Of a stretch of DNA of 64,000 nucleotides, positions 28,118 to 38,167 are shown in pieces. A model generated the notes under the pieces. The model had not been told where the DNA came from, did no database searches, and saw nothing but the letters and a program-made list of their open reading frames with translations. The stretch covers positions 65,140 to 129,139 of the forward strand of contig CAZVXT010000002.1 of NCBI GenBank assembly GCA_964631145.1, written 5' to 3'. The stretch comes from an uncultured Candidatus Saccharibacteria bacterium (GTDB lineage Bacteria; Patescibacteriota; Doudnabacteria; UBA920). A program made the position numbers and the translations under genes. The first letter of the stretch is position 1, and every line of letters starts with the position of its first letter.

Positions 28118-29620
28118 ATGACAGATTTAAAAGGATACAAACCAGTTATTGGGTTAGAAATTCATGTACAGCTCTTAACCAAGAGTAAGCTTTTTGGTAG
28201 TGCTCCAAATAATCCTTTAGAAAAAAGTCCGAATGTAAATATTGATGAAGTTGCCACTGGTGAACCTGGTACTTTACCTGTGCTAAATAAAGAAGCTGTT
28301 AGACTTGGTTTGATGGTTGGTTTGGCACTTAACTGTGAAGTTCCTCTACATAGTAAATTTGACCGCAAGCATTATTTTTATCCAGACTTGCCAAAAGGTT
28401 ATCAAATTTCTCAGTATGATGAACCAATTGTAAAAAATGGTTACGTCGATATTTTAGTTCCTGCAAATGAAACCCGCGAAGCTTATACTAAGCGTGTGCG
28501 TATTACCCGTGCTCATTTGGAAGAAGATGCTGGTAAGAATGCTCATCCAGAAGGTTTGCCGTATTCTTTGGTTGATCTTAACCGTGCAGGTTGTCCGTTG
28601 TTAGAAATTGTAACCGAGCCAGATATAGAAACTGCAGAAGAAGCACGTCTTTTCTTGCAAGAGTTGCAACGCATTGTGCGTTATGTCGGTGCTGGTATTG
28701 CTGATATGGAAAAAGGTACAATGCGCTGCGAGCCAAATATTTCTGTTCGCAAGCCAGGTGAAGAATCTTTACCAAAATATAAAGTTGAAGTTAAAAACAT
28801 CAACAGTTTTAGGTTTGCAGAAGCAGCTATTAATTATGAAATTCCTCGTCATATTGAAATGCTTGAAAAAGGTGAAATGCCAAAACAGGTAACTATGGGT
28901 TGGAATGAGAAAGAAAACAAAACAGTAGAACAGCGCAGTAAAGAAGAGGCAAATGATTACAGATATTTTCCAGAGCCAGATTTAGCGCCTTTAGAATTCA
29001 CAAAAGAGTATATTGAAGATTTGCGTGGTACATTACCAGAACTTCCGGCAGCAAAGAGACTTCGCTTTGCTAGAGAATTTGGACTTGATGATGCAGCAAT
29101 CGAAACTCTACTAAATTGGAAAGAATTAAACGAATATTTTGAAAATGTTGTTAGCGAAATTGACGCTTGGATAGAAGCTGATGGAGGCGGCGATAGGGCA
29201 AAACTAATTAAGCTTGCCTCTAATTGGTGCTTGCAAGATTTTAGTGCTTTGTTAAATAACGAGTTGGCTAATCCGCTACAAAGTAAAGTTAATCCAGAAA
29301 ATTTTGCAGAGTTGATTAAGATGATTGATTCAGGAAAAATTTCTGGTAGTGCTGCTAAGCAGGTGTTTAAAGTAATGTATGAAAAAGGCGCGGAGCCAGA
29401 CCATATTGTAGAGGATCTGGGACTTGCTCAGGTAAGTGATACAGGGGCTATAGAATCTATGGTAGATGAAGTATTAAGTAATAATTCCAAAGCAGTCGAG
29501 GATTATAAAGCAGGAATGCAAAAATCATTTGGATTTTTAGTAGGTCAAGTGATGGCTGCCATGAAAGGTAAAGCTAATCCTGGTATTGTGAACGAGATTT
29601 TAAAGAAGAAATTACAATAA
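28118..29620 (+). CDS. gatB: Asp/Glu-tRNA amidotransferase subunit B
   Basis: IGLEIHVQL, YFYPDLPKGYQISQ, DYRYFPEPDL. Confidence 0.97.
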   Translation: MTDLKGYKPVIGLEIHVQLLTKSKLFGSAPNNPLEKSPNVNIDEVATGEPGTLPVLNKEAVRLGLMVGLALNCEVPLHSKFDRKHYFYPDLPKGYQISQYDEPIVKNGYVDILVPANETREAYTKRVRITRAHLEEDAGKNAHPEGLPYSLVDLNRAGCPLLEIVTEPDIETAEEARLFLQELQRIVRYVGAGIADMEKGTMRCEPNISVRKPGEESLPKYKVEVKNINSFRFAEAAINYEIPRHIEMLEKGEMPKQVTMGWNEKENKTVEQRSKEEANDYRYFPEPDLAPLEFTKEYIEDLRGTLPELPAAKRLRFAREFGLDDAAIETLLNWKELNEYFENVVSEIDAWIEADGGGDRAKLIKLASNWCLQDFSALLNNELANPLQSKVNPENFAELIKMIDSGKISGSAAKQVFKVMYEKGAEPDHIVEDLGLAQVSDTGAIESMVDEVLSNNSKAVEDYKAGMQKSFGFLVGQVMAAMKGKANPGIVNEILKKKLQ

Positions 29621-29661
29621 AAATAGCACCGGCGTTTGCTGGTGCTTTTTGTTAATTGTTT

Positions 29662-29952
29662 TTAGGTAAGGCTAAATTTATGTAAATATATATCTTTGCT
29701 ATTTCCCGCACCTTTATTAACATGTGCAAAAAACCTCAAACCTGGTGTTATTTCAAAATTTGCTTCTGATTGCAGACGTCGCAAATTTAATTTTATCGTG
29801 ATGTCAGAATCCCATCCAGGAATAACTATATGTGCTGTCTTTTTGCTGATTCTTTCTATACGGATAAGAGCTCTATATGGCTTTCGTTCCGGCGAAAAAG
29901 TTCCTGACATTTCTTCTTCTGAAAAATTTGGCAACCGTTTATTGTATGACAT
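29662..29952 (-). CDS. hypothetical protein
   Basis: AGGAG RBS before ATG 29952. Confidence 0.55.
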   Translation of the reverse strand: MSYNKRLPNFSEEEMSGTFSPERKPYRALIRIERISKKTAHIVIPGWDSDITIKLNLRRLQSEANFEITPGLRFFAHVNKGAGNSKDIYLHKFSLT

Positions 29953-30013
29953 AAAATCTCCTATAAAATAAGCACCGAACATAATTTGGAACGGTGCTTG
30001 TTAGTATTTAAAT

Positions 30014-30406
30014 TTACAGTAATATTACTTTTAAAAATGATATTACTATATCCGAAGATTGAATTTTTACCCACCGGCGATTATGAATTTTTGGATTTTC
30101 ATATCCGTAATTTATTACACAAGGTGTATGGTTGATTGATAACACAATCACTCCATTTGTATAATCAACCCATCCATGGTTAAGTAACATGGATTGTTGA
30201 TTTTTGGTTGTCATAATCACACCGTTTATGTTGCCAAGCTGATTAATATAGTTAATTATGTTCGCAATAAAATCTTTGATTTTTACATCCGAAATTAAAT
30301 GCGGCTTGTTTTCGTTGCCTTTTAAATTGCGTATTTCATCGATTGCATTTCTTCCATTTAGCTGGAATATCGGGTATTCTTCTTTCTTTGGTGCTGTTTG
30401 TGGCAT
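30014..30406 (-). CDS. hypothetical protein
   Basis: GGAGG RBS before ATG 30406. Confidence 0.55.
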   Translation of the reverse strand: MPQTAPKKEEYPIFQLNGRNAIDEIRNLKGNENKPHLISDVKIKDFIANIINYINQLGNINGVIMTTKNQQSMLLNHGWVDYTNGVIVLSINHTPCVINYGYENPKIHNRRWVKIQSSDIVISFLKVILL

Positions 30407-30520
30407 ATTATCCTCCAAAAAGTTTTTTATTTCTACATTTTTAGGTAGAAATAGAAGTTTAGCAAATCCTTGCATGTTTGGCAAGAATAAAAAAACCGTC
30501 GAATTTTCGACGGAATATAG

Positions 30521-31279
30521 CTAGTTTTTGTAAATAGCTAGATTAACTTTATCCCCCGAAGTTAATTGGCTTTCCCAGTATTCGGTATATGCTTTGATAA
30601 AGATTATGGTTTCATTACTTTGTATGATACCCGCATCTAATGTTTCAATAACTTCTTTCAAATCACGTAAGTTGTAGTTTTTTGGAACATTATTAGCAAG
30701 TGTTGAAAGATGATTTCTAAATCTTAGTGATTGCAATACGCTAAGTCTGGCTGTATTGGCTTCAATAGGGTAACTGTCTGAATCACAGAATGTTTTAAAC
30801 CAATCAGAAATTAATTGAGAACTACGAACTGGTTGTTTGTTGCCATAATACATTAAATGATCTAATACAGCATCTAAAATTTGATCATAAATTTGATCCC
30901 AGATTAATATATCTAACTTAGCACCGCTTTGCACAATCGTTTGAGGGATTGCCAAAAACCCAGATATAACAAATGCACTATCAATAGTTGCACCATTATG
31001 CTTAAACCATGTAATTAAATCTTTGCCAGTTTCAATTCCTTGTGACAAATATATTGCAGAAATTATTTTGGCAATTCCTATATTGGTTATTGCTTTTCCG
31101 GTTAACAAGTTAATAAAATCTGTGACAGGACGGCTTTCTTTACTTGTGATTAGCGTTGTAATCTGTCTAAAAACTTTTTCATCCATCAAATAATTTTCTG
31201 CCTGTGGCGTTAAGCATATTAAACTATATTTCTTCTTTCTAGTTATTTTTCTACGCTCTAATGCAGTCTTTGCCTTCAT
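30521..31279 (-). CDS. hypothetical protein, probable paralogue of 32570-33319
   Basis: AGGAGG RBS; 252 aa. Confidence 0.65.
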   Translation of the reverse strand: MKAKTALERRKITRKKKYSLICLTPQAENYLMDEKVFRQITTLITSKESRPVTDFINLLTGKAITNIGIAKIISAIYLSQGIETGKDLITWFKHNGATIDSAFVISGFLAIPQTIVQSGAKLDILIWDQIYDQILDAVLDHLMYYGNKQPVRSSQLISDWFKTFCDSDSYPIEANTARLSVLQSLRFRNHLSTLANNVPKNYNLRDLKEVIETLDAGIIQSNETIIFIKAYTEYWESQLTSGDKVNLAIYKN

Positions 31280-31377
31280 AAAGTATCCTCCTAAAACAAA
31301 TTATCTATTTTTAAAAAATAGATTTATAATTTTAGCTTAATCTTGCATGTTTGGCAAGGCTTGGATATGGTTATGTT

Positions 31378-32538
31378 ATGTCTAATTTCGACAAATTTTT
31401 ATTTGGAACAGCTAGTAGTAGTCAGCAGGTAGAGGGTGGTAATGATGCAAATCAGTTTGTTAAGTTTGAGCATCAAGGCTATTTTCCTCAAGCTGGAAGC
31501 GCGGTTGATTTTTATAATTGTTACGAAGAAGATATTTTATTAGCCAAAGAGCTTGGGTTAAATGCTATGCGTATTCAGATTGAATGGAGTAGGGTGATGC
31601 CATTGCCTGGGGAAGTAAATATGGATGCTGTAAATCATTATGCAAAGATTTTACAATTTATGAGAGCTCAGAATATAGAGCCGATTATTACTTTATTTCA
31701 TTGGACTTATCCAGCATGGCTTGAGGAAAAATTTTATAGCAAAGAATTTATAGAAGCTTTTGAAACATTTGTACAGGCGGTGATAAAAAATTTAAAAGTA
31801 CATGACAAATACTGGTTAATAATAAATGAACCTGAAGTTTTTGCTTTTGAAATTATTCATCATGGGACTGGTAAAAGTAAAGCTATTTTTAAAAGGGTTT
31901 GGCAATCTCTTAATGCTTATTTGGTTTTGTTAAAAATGCATAAAAGGTCTTATAAGATAATAAAGTGTGTGGATAGTGGTGCTAGTGTTGGAATTGCAAA
32001 AAATGTGGCTTATCACGAGCCATTTAGACAAAATAATATCTTAGATAATTTTTTAATTTCGGTGGCAAACTTTTTTGGCAATGAGCTGTTTATCCACTTG
32101 ATTGCAAAACAATTAGATTTTATAGGATTAAATTATTATTTTTATCATAACCTAAAGTTTAGTTGGTCTAGGTTATTTGAAAGGCAGAATAAATTTGTTC
32201 AAAAGTCTGACATGGGAGAAAAAACATATCCAAAAGGTTTGTATTATTTATGTAAACAATTTGCCAAATTTAATATGCCTATTTTGATTACAGAAAATGG
32301 CATTGCTAATGCTCATGATCAAATGAGAGTTAGGTTTATAAAAGAACATTTAAACGCGATAAAACAAGCAAGGCATGAAGGTATAAATGTATTTGGTTAT
32401 TTATATTGGTCATTAACGGATACTTACGAATGGAAAAGTGGCTATGATCTTAAATTTGGATTGGTGGAAGTGGATTTGCAAACTCAAGCGAGACGTATTC
32501 GTAAAAAATTAGATATTGATATTAACAAATATTTATAA
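31378..32538 (+). CDS. glycoside hydrolase family 1
   Basis: QVEG, TLFHW, INEP and ITENG catalytic motifs, WSLTDTYEW. Confidence 0.92.
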   Translation: MSNFDKFLFGTASSSQQVEGGNDANQFVKFEHQGYFPQAGSAVDFYNCYEEDILLAKELGLNAMRIQIEWSRVMPLPGEVNMDAVNHYAKILQFMRAQNIEPIITLFHWTYPAWLEEKFYSKEFIEAFETFVQAVIKNLKVHDKYWLIINEPEVFAFEIIHHGTGKSKAIFKRVWQSLNAYLVLLKMHKRSYKIIKCVDSGASVGIAKNVAYHEPFRQNNILDNFLISVANFFGNELFIHLIAKQLDFIGLNYYFYHNLKFSWSRLFERQNKFVQKSDMGEKTYPKGLYYLCKQFAKFNMPILITENGIANAHDQMRVRFIKEHLNAIKQARHEGINVFGYLYWSLTDTYEWKSGYDLKFGLVEVDLQTQARRIRKKLDIDINKYL

Positions 32539-32569
32539 ATAAAAAAGCCGGAATATTTTCCGGCAGTAT

Positions 32570-33319
32570 CTAAGTCATAATTATTTTAAGCTTATCTTCT
32601 AAACTAGCAATTGAAACAGAATTTATGATAAATCCTTTATAAAATGCTTCAGCCAGCGTTAACCTCTTGTCATTATGCTCGATATAAGAGAACTTTTGAT
32701 GTCCATTATACCCTTTAAACTTTTCCTGACGAAGTATGCTTTCGCCAAGGTGAACTAAAGATTCCTTCACGCTATTGCAATTAATGGCTTTATACAGAGC
32801 ATTGCTATCTTTGACAAATTCCCTTTTGAAACAATTATCTAAAGTTTTGAGAATAAGTTCTGATCCATTAGTATTTTGAATTGTTTCTATATGATGACCA
32901 CTTTCCGACAATAACAACATACATTCATTAAATATGACAAAATATAAATCTTCGTATTGTTTTGTGTTAAAAAATAATGTTGTCTTGTTAATTTCTTGTA
33001 TGGTTAGTAATAAAGATAAAATTTTTTCCGTGACCGAACTTTTTAAATTTCTTAACGGATAAATTACTTTCATTAAGGCATCAATGCTTTGGGAAATAAA
33101 TAAGGCAGCATATATTTTAGACAAAACATGTGAATTTGGTTTCCATTTTTCTATTGAATTTAAAAACTCAGATGGTTCGCTTCCTAACATAATCAATTGA
33201 ACTATTTCTTGTCTTGCCCATAAAGTTTCGTCTTCAGAAATTTCAGAAAATAAACATTGCAAGGCGTGGTGTAAATTTGTTTTATCAGACTTATTGTTCG
33301 CTCTTTTTACTTGGGTCAT
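32570..33319 (-). CDS. hypothetical protein, probable paralogue of 30521-31279
   Basis: AGGAGG RBS; 249 aa. Confidence 0.65.
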   Translation of the reverse strand: MTQVKRANNKSDKTNLHHALQCLFSEISEDETLWARQEIVQLIMLGSEPSEFLNSIEKWKPNSHVLSKIYAALFISQSIDALMKVIYPLRNLKSSVTEKILSLLLTIQEINKTTLFFNTKQYEDLYFVIFNECMLLLSESGHHIETIQNTNGSELILKTLDNCFKREFVKDSNALYKAINCNSVKESLVHLGESILRQEKFKGYNGHQKFSYIEHNDKRLTLAEAFYKGFIINSVSIASLEDKLKIIMT

Positions 33320-33349
33320 AAAAATTCCTCCTAAATTTTGTTTGCTAAA

Positions 33350-34288
33350 TTAGCTTTTTAGTTTAGCAGATATAAACTTATTTGCCAAGGCAGGGGTTTT
33401 GAACCAATTTATAGCTTTATTTCGTTTCCACCAGGTTAATTGGCGTTTTGCGTATTGTCTAATAGCCGTAAAAAGTAATTGCTTCATTTGCGCTTCCGAA
33501 ATTTTATTTTGCAAAAACTGCGCAATAAATTTATATTCCAAACCAAAATCTTCTAATTTTTGCCAAGATAATCCATTATCGTGCAGAGTTTTTACCTCTT
33601 CAATCATTCCTTCTTTAAATCTGGTATCTAAGCGCGTTTGAATTTTTTTCTCTAAAGTTTGCATGTCTGGATTAATGGCAATCCATAATACATTTTCGTA
33701 ATAAGGTTTAACTGAATTTTTTGGTACAGGTTTACCGGTTGTTAAAACAATTTCTAAAGCCCTAATTAATCGTCTTGGATTTTGTGGATCAATATTTTTT
33801 GCACGATCAGGATCAAGTTTTTTTAACTTGTTAAATAGTTGCTGAGTAGTGAGGTGCTCTAAACTGCTTCGTAGTTTGGCGTCCGGCTTTATCTGTGGGA
33901 TTTGCGATTCAAAAATTACGCTATCAATAAAATAACCTGTGCCTCCGCAGATAATTGGCATTTTGACAGCTTTATGTAACTTTGTAATAACTTTCCTTGT
34001 TGTGTTTTGAAAATCTGACACACTAAATTGATGTTTGGCTGGATCAACTTCATCGATTAAGTAATGGGGAATGTCTTTGTATAAAAATACTTTTTTTGAT
34101 GCAAGTTTTGTCCAAGTGCCTTCTACTTTACCGCTACCAATATTTAATCCTTTATAAATTTGTCTGCTGTCTGCAGAAATAATTTCACCATTGTATTTTT
34201 GAGCAAGCTTAACAGCTAGTTCGCTTTTACCAGAAGCTGTGGGTCCGACAACACAGATGATTAGATTGTTTTGGCTCATCTTATTCAT
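33350..34288 (-). CDS. miaA: tRNA dimethylallyltransferase
   Basis: GPTASGKS, ISADSRQIY, CGGTGYF, YAKRQLTW. Confidence 0.96.
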   Translation of the reverse strand: MNKMSQNNLIICVVGPTASGKSELAVKLAQKYNGEIISADSRQIYKGLNIGSGKVEGTWTKLASKKVFLYKDIPHYLIDEVDPAKHQFSVSDFQNTTRKVITKLHKAVKMPIICGGTGYFIDSVIFESQIPQIKPDAKLRSSLEHLTTQQLFNKLKKLDPDRAKNIDPQNPRRLIRALEIVLTTGKPVPKNSVKPYYENVLWIAINPDMQTLEKKIQTRLDTRFKEGMIEEVKTLHDNGLSWQKLEDFGLEYKFIAQFLQNKISEAQMKQLLFTAIRQYAKRQLTWWKRNKAINWFKTPALANKFISAKLKS

Positions 34289-34438
34289 GTTAATATAATG
34301 TTAGCAGTAATAAAATATTATGAAAACTAAAATTATTTACGGCTTAATTTCTTTATTTATTTTATTGATTATTAGTTTCTTGGTCTACTTAAGTTTTGCC
34401 TAATATTTAAGGCTTTTCCATGATATAATTTAGATATA

Positions 34439-35170
34439 ATGGAAACGAAAATTGCCACTAATAAAAGTCAAACTTTGCTTGATTTGCATTTAACAAACAA
34501 GCAGCTTGGTCATGCATATTTGGTTATTGGCAGACCTTATTTGGATTATTCTGATTTGTATAACAGGTTTTTGGAAAAGTATACAACTGTTTATGGTGTA
34601 CAGGCTGAAGTTTTGATTTTTGATACCGCTGTTCAAGGAAGTTTGGATGAGTTAAGAGAGGTAATTACATGGTCTACGTTAAGTAGTTTTAATGGCGCCC
34701 ATAAAATTGTAATTTTAAAAAACTTTCAACAACTAAGTATTGCGGGAAGTAATTTATTATTAAAGACTCTGGAAGAGCCTACAGGTAAAGCACTGTTTTT
34801 ATTATTGTCTGATAACTGGAAGATCTTACCAACTATCAGGTCTAGATGCACTATTTTTAGCTATCGTGGTTTGGAATCCAATTTAATTGATGGTACAGAA
34901 GAGTTGGAAGAGCTAAATACAGCTTTTGTTGATGCTGTTGGTTCGAAATCTTTAGCACACAGGTTGTTGTTGGTTAGTCGTCTTGCTGAAAGTTCTACCG
35001 AAGATGTTATTTCTATTATTTATAAATACGCACAAAAATTGGCAAAAAATTTAAATACAGAAAAGGACGTATTAAATATGCAACTAGCTAATGTTGCGTT
35101 GTCTCAATTGCAAGGAAATTTTAATACAAAATTAACTCTTCAAAATCTTTTAATAAATATCAAAATATGA
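34439..35170 (+). CDS. holB: DNA polymerase III delta-prime-like subunit
   Basis: HAYL, NLLLKTLEEP, LPTIRSRC. Confidence 0.8.
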   Translation: METKIATNKSQTLLDLHLTNKQLGHAYLVIGRPYLDYSDLYNRFLEKYTTVYGVQAEVLIFDTAVQGSLDELREVITWSTLSSFNGAHKIVILKNFQQLSIAGSNLLLKTLEEPTGKALFLLLSDNWKILPTIRSRCTIFSYRGLESNLIDGTEELEELNTAFVDAVGSKSLAHRLLLVSRLAESSTEDVISIIYKYAQKLAKNLNTEKDVLNMQLANVALSQLQGNFNTKLTLQNLLINIKI

Positions 35171-36204
35171 AAAAGCTTGTCTTAGGCATGGCTATATTTT
35201 TATTAGCTGCAAGTTGTGACTTTAGTAATGCCAATGTAGGGATTATAAAAACCGCTAATGGTGGTAGTAACTGGCAGCAAGCCAATAAAATTAAAAATAG
35301 TGATCAAACTTTATTAAAGTTAAGCATTTCGCAAGTGAGGTATGATAACCAGTTCGAAAATTTATACGCCAGCTCATTTGATGGTGGTTTGTATAAATCG
35401 GCTGATGCGGGGGAAAGTTGGGAAGAAGTTCTGGGCGTGGCTCAGGTTTATGATTTTGCCTTTAATCCAAATGATAATAAAATTATTTATGCAGCTACGT
35501 TTTTAAATAGTAGAGGAAGAATTTTGGTTACCAAGGATCAGGGTAAATCTTGGACAGAAATTTATAGCGATGCTTCTAAAGACAATCCTGTTCGTACTGT
35601 AGCGATCAATCCATTAAATCCGCAAGAAATTTTGGCAGGATTGGGTAGGGGCTCTATTATCCATAGTGGTGATGGTGGTCAAACATGGAAGCTGGTCGCA
35701 AATTATAATGATCGCATATATAGGATAGTTTGGAATAATGGCGTGGTTTACGCAGTAGTAAAAAGTACAGGGGTGATGAAGAGTTTGGATGGCGGGCAAA
35801 GTTTTCAGCAAATTACTGGAACCATTACAAATAGCGGTAATATTTTAGGAGTTTCTATTTTTGGAGAAAATACCTCGGATTATAGACAAATTGCAATAGG
35901 TACAAATAACCCAAATTTACTATATTTAACCACCAATAACGGTCTATATAAAACTCAAGATGGCGGTAGTACTTGGAATTATGTTAGTATGCCTTATAGA
36001 CAAGACGACACTTCACCATATGCTGTAGCTATGGCTAGTGGTAATGATTTTGTGGTTTATTCAAGTGTTGGCAGTATTATTTATAAATCTGTTGACGGGG
36101 GAGCAACTTGGACCGCTAACGATACCGGAACCAATGGATTGATTACGGTTATTGAAGTAGATCATAGTCTTCCGCAAATAGCTTTTGCTGGAGTATCTAA
36201 GTAA
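35167..36204 (+). CDS. BNR/Asp-box (YCF48-like) beta-propeller lipoprotein
   Basis: Lipobox LAASC; repeated S/T-x-D-G-G-x-x-W Asp-boxes. Confidence 0.85.
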   Translation: MKKLVLGMAIFLLAASCDFSNANVGIIKTANGGSNWQQANKIKNSDQTLLKLSISQVRYDNQFENLYASSFDGGLYKSADAGESWEEVLGVAQVYDFAFNPNDNKIIYAATFLNSRGRILVTKDQGKSWTEIYSDASKDNPVRTVAINPLNPQEILAGLGRGSIIHSGDGGQTWKLVANYNDRIYRIVWNNGVVYAVVKSTGVMKSLDGGQSFQQITGTITNSGNILGVSIFGENTSDYRQIAIGTNNPNLLYLTTNNGLYKTQDGGSTWNYVSMPYRQDDTSPYAVAMASGNDFVVYSSVGSIIYKSVDGGATWTANDTGTNGLITVIEVDHSLPQIAFAGVSK

Positions 36205-36234
36205 TTAATAGTAATTATAGAGTAAATTATTTTT

Positions 36235-36789
36235 ATGGACGAGATTATCAAAAAATTTAAACCAGATTTTGAAAAGCATATGGAACATTATGTCCACGAG
36301 CTGTCTACAGTTAGGACTGGGCGTGCAAACCCGGCTTTGCTAGCAACAGTGATGGTGGATGTTTATGGTGCAAAGCAGCCCATAGAGCATATTGCTAGTG
36401 TGAATGTTAGTGATGCAAAAACTTTAGTGATTAGCCCGTGGGATAAAACTCAGCTAGCTGAAATTGATAAAGCAATTATGGCTGCTAACTTAGGCTTTAC
36501 CCCAAGCAATGATGGAAGTGTGATTCGTATTACTTTGCCCCCATTAACAGAAGAACGTCGTCGTGAAATGGTAAAATTGGTTGGTCAAATAGCAGAGCAA
36601 ACTCGTGTTAGCGTTCGTCAAACTCGCGAAGAAGTAATAAAGGCAATGAAGCGTGAAGAAACAGAAGAACTCGCAACTAAAGACGATGTTATCTCTGGTC
36701 AAAAAAAGCTTCAAGATGTAATAGATAAATATAATGCAGAAATTAAACAGCTTGCTGAGGATAAAGAGCAAGAGCTTATGACTGTTTAG
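36235..36789 (+). CDS. frr: ribosome recycling factor
   Basis: RTGRANP, PPLTEERRREMVK. Confidence 0.97.
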   Translation: MDEIIKKFKPDFEKHMEHYVHELSTVRTGRANPALLATVMVDVYGAKQPIEHIASVNVSDAKTLVISPWDKTQLAEIDKAIMAANLGFTPSNDGSVIRITLPPLTEERRREMVKLVGQIAEQTRVSVRQTREEVIKAMKREETEELATKDDVISGQKKLQDVIDKYNAEIKQLAEDKEQELMTV

Positions 36790-36810
36790 TAAAGCTTTTG
36801 ATTTTTGAGT

Positions 36811-36893
36811 AACTTCATCGTTAAAATGCTCCGATAATTTTCGCTGTAACAATTATTACGGCTCAAATTATCCTCACATTTTGCCTTGAATTT
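36811..36893 (+). repeat. dispersed intergenic repeat, copy B
   Basis: See copy A at 26492-26575. Confidence 0.9.
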
Positions 36894-37031
36894 ACTTCAA
36901 AAAATAAAAAGCCACAGTAAGTCCACTCCTTGAACTTACAGTAAGGTGTGCAAACTCTAACCTATTTGCATTCATCCTACCTTGAATTTATCTCAAATAG
37001 TATCAAAGCCAAATTAATTTAAAAACAAACA

Positions 37032-38165
37032 ATGATTTTAACCGTAGTAATATTTTTAGTAATCTTAAGCGTTTTAGTTTTTGTCCACGAGTTGGGGCAT
37101 TTTGTTGTGGCTAAAAAAAGTGGAATGAAGGTTGAGGAATTTGGTTTTGGATTCCCGCCGCGTGTATTTGGAATAGTAAAGCAAGACGGTAGATGGCAAA
37201 TTGTTTGGGGTAAAAAAGCTCCAATTACCGAAAATACAATATATTCTGTTAATGCTATCCCTTTAGGTGGCTTTGTTAAAATTTTGGGTGAAGACAATGC
37301 GGATGAACATGATCAAAGAAGTTTTGTAAACAAGCCATTTTGGCCAAGATTTGCTACATTAGTTGCTGGTGTAGTGATGAATGTTATTACCGCGTGGCTA
37401 ATTTTTGCTATAGGTTTTATGGTTGGATTACCGACCGCTATTAGTGATGTAAGCGATGTTCCAAGCAATGCTAGATTTACTAGGCAGTCAACTATAATTG
37501 CAGAAGTTTCTCCAGACAGTCCAGCAGATAAAGCTGGATTAAAAGCAAATGATATTTTTGAAAAAGTAGATGATCAATCTTTTGCTACAACAATCGAATT
37601 GCAAAGCTATCTTAAATCAAATGCTGGCAAAGAATATTCTTTCAAAGTAAAGCGCGGTGCGGAAGATTTGGATCTTAAGGTTCAGTCAGTTGCTAAGGAA
37701 GGTCAACCTGCAGTAGGTATAGGATTAGCAGAATATGGAACCATTAAATTTTCTACTTTTGCTGCAGTTATTCAATCGGTAAATACAGTATTTACTCAGA
37801 TTGGAGCTATATTTGGAGGTTTGTATAATCTCTTTACCACCACTACTGGATTAAAGAGTGTTGGCGGTCCTGTAAAGATTGCTCAGCTCACCGGACAGGT
37901 TGCTCAATTAGGCTTATTGCCTTTACTTCAATTTACAGCATTTTTATCCCTAAATTTAGCTGTTTTAAATATTTTACCAATTCCGGCTCTCGATGGTGGT
38001 CGCTTGATGTTTTTGATTATAGAAAAGCTTCGTGGCAAGCCAAATAATCAAAATTTAGAGCAATATGTTAATGCAATTGGATTTATGGTATTATTAGCTT
38101 TAATGTTGGTTATTTCTATTAGAGATGTATCTCAACTCCATTTTGTAAAGAATTTGTTTAATTAA
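37032..38165 (+). CDS. rseP: RIP metalloprotease RseP
   Basis: HELGH, PDZ domain, NILPIPALDGG. Confidence 0.95.
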   Translation: MILTVVIFLVILSVLVFVHELGHFVVAKKSGMKVEEFGFGFPPRVFGIVKQDGRWQIVWGKKAPITENTIYSVNAIPLGGFVKILGEDNADEHDQRSFVNKPFWPRFATLVAGVVMNVITAWLIFAIGFMVGLPTAISDVSDVPSNARFTRQSTIIAEVSPDSPADKAGLKANDIFEKVDDQSFATTIELQSYLKSNAGKEYSFKVKRGAEDLDLKVQSVAKEGQPAVGIGLAEYGTIKFSTFAAVIQSVNTVFTQIGAIFGGLYNLFTTTTGLKSVGGPVKIAQLTGQVAQLGLLPLLQFTAFLSLNLAVLNILPIPALDGGRLMFLIIEKLRGKPNNQNLEQYVNAIGFMVLLALMLVISIRDVSQLHFVKNLFN

Positions 38166-38167
38166 TT

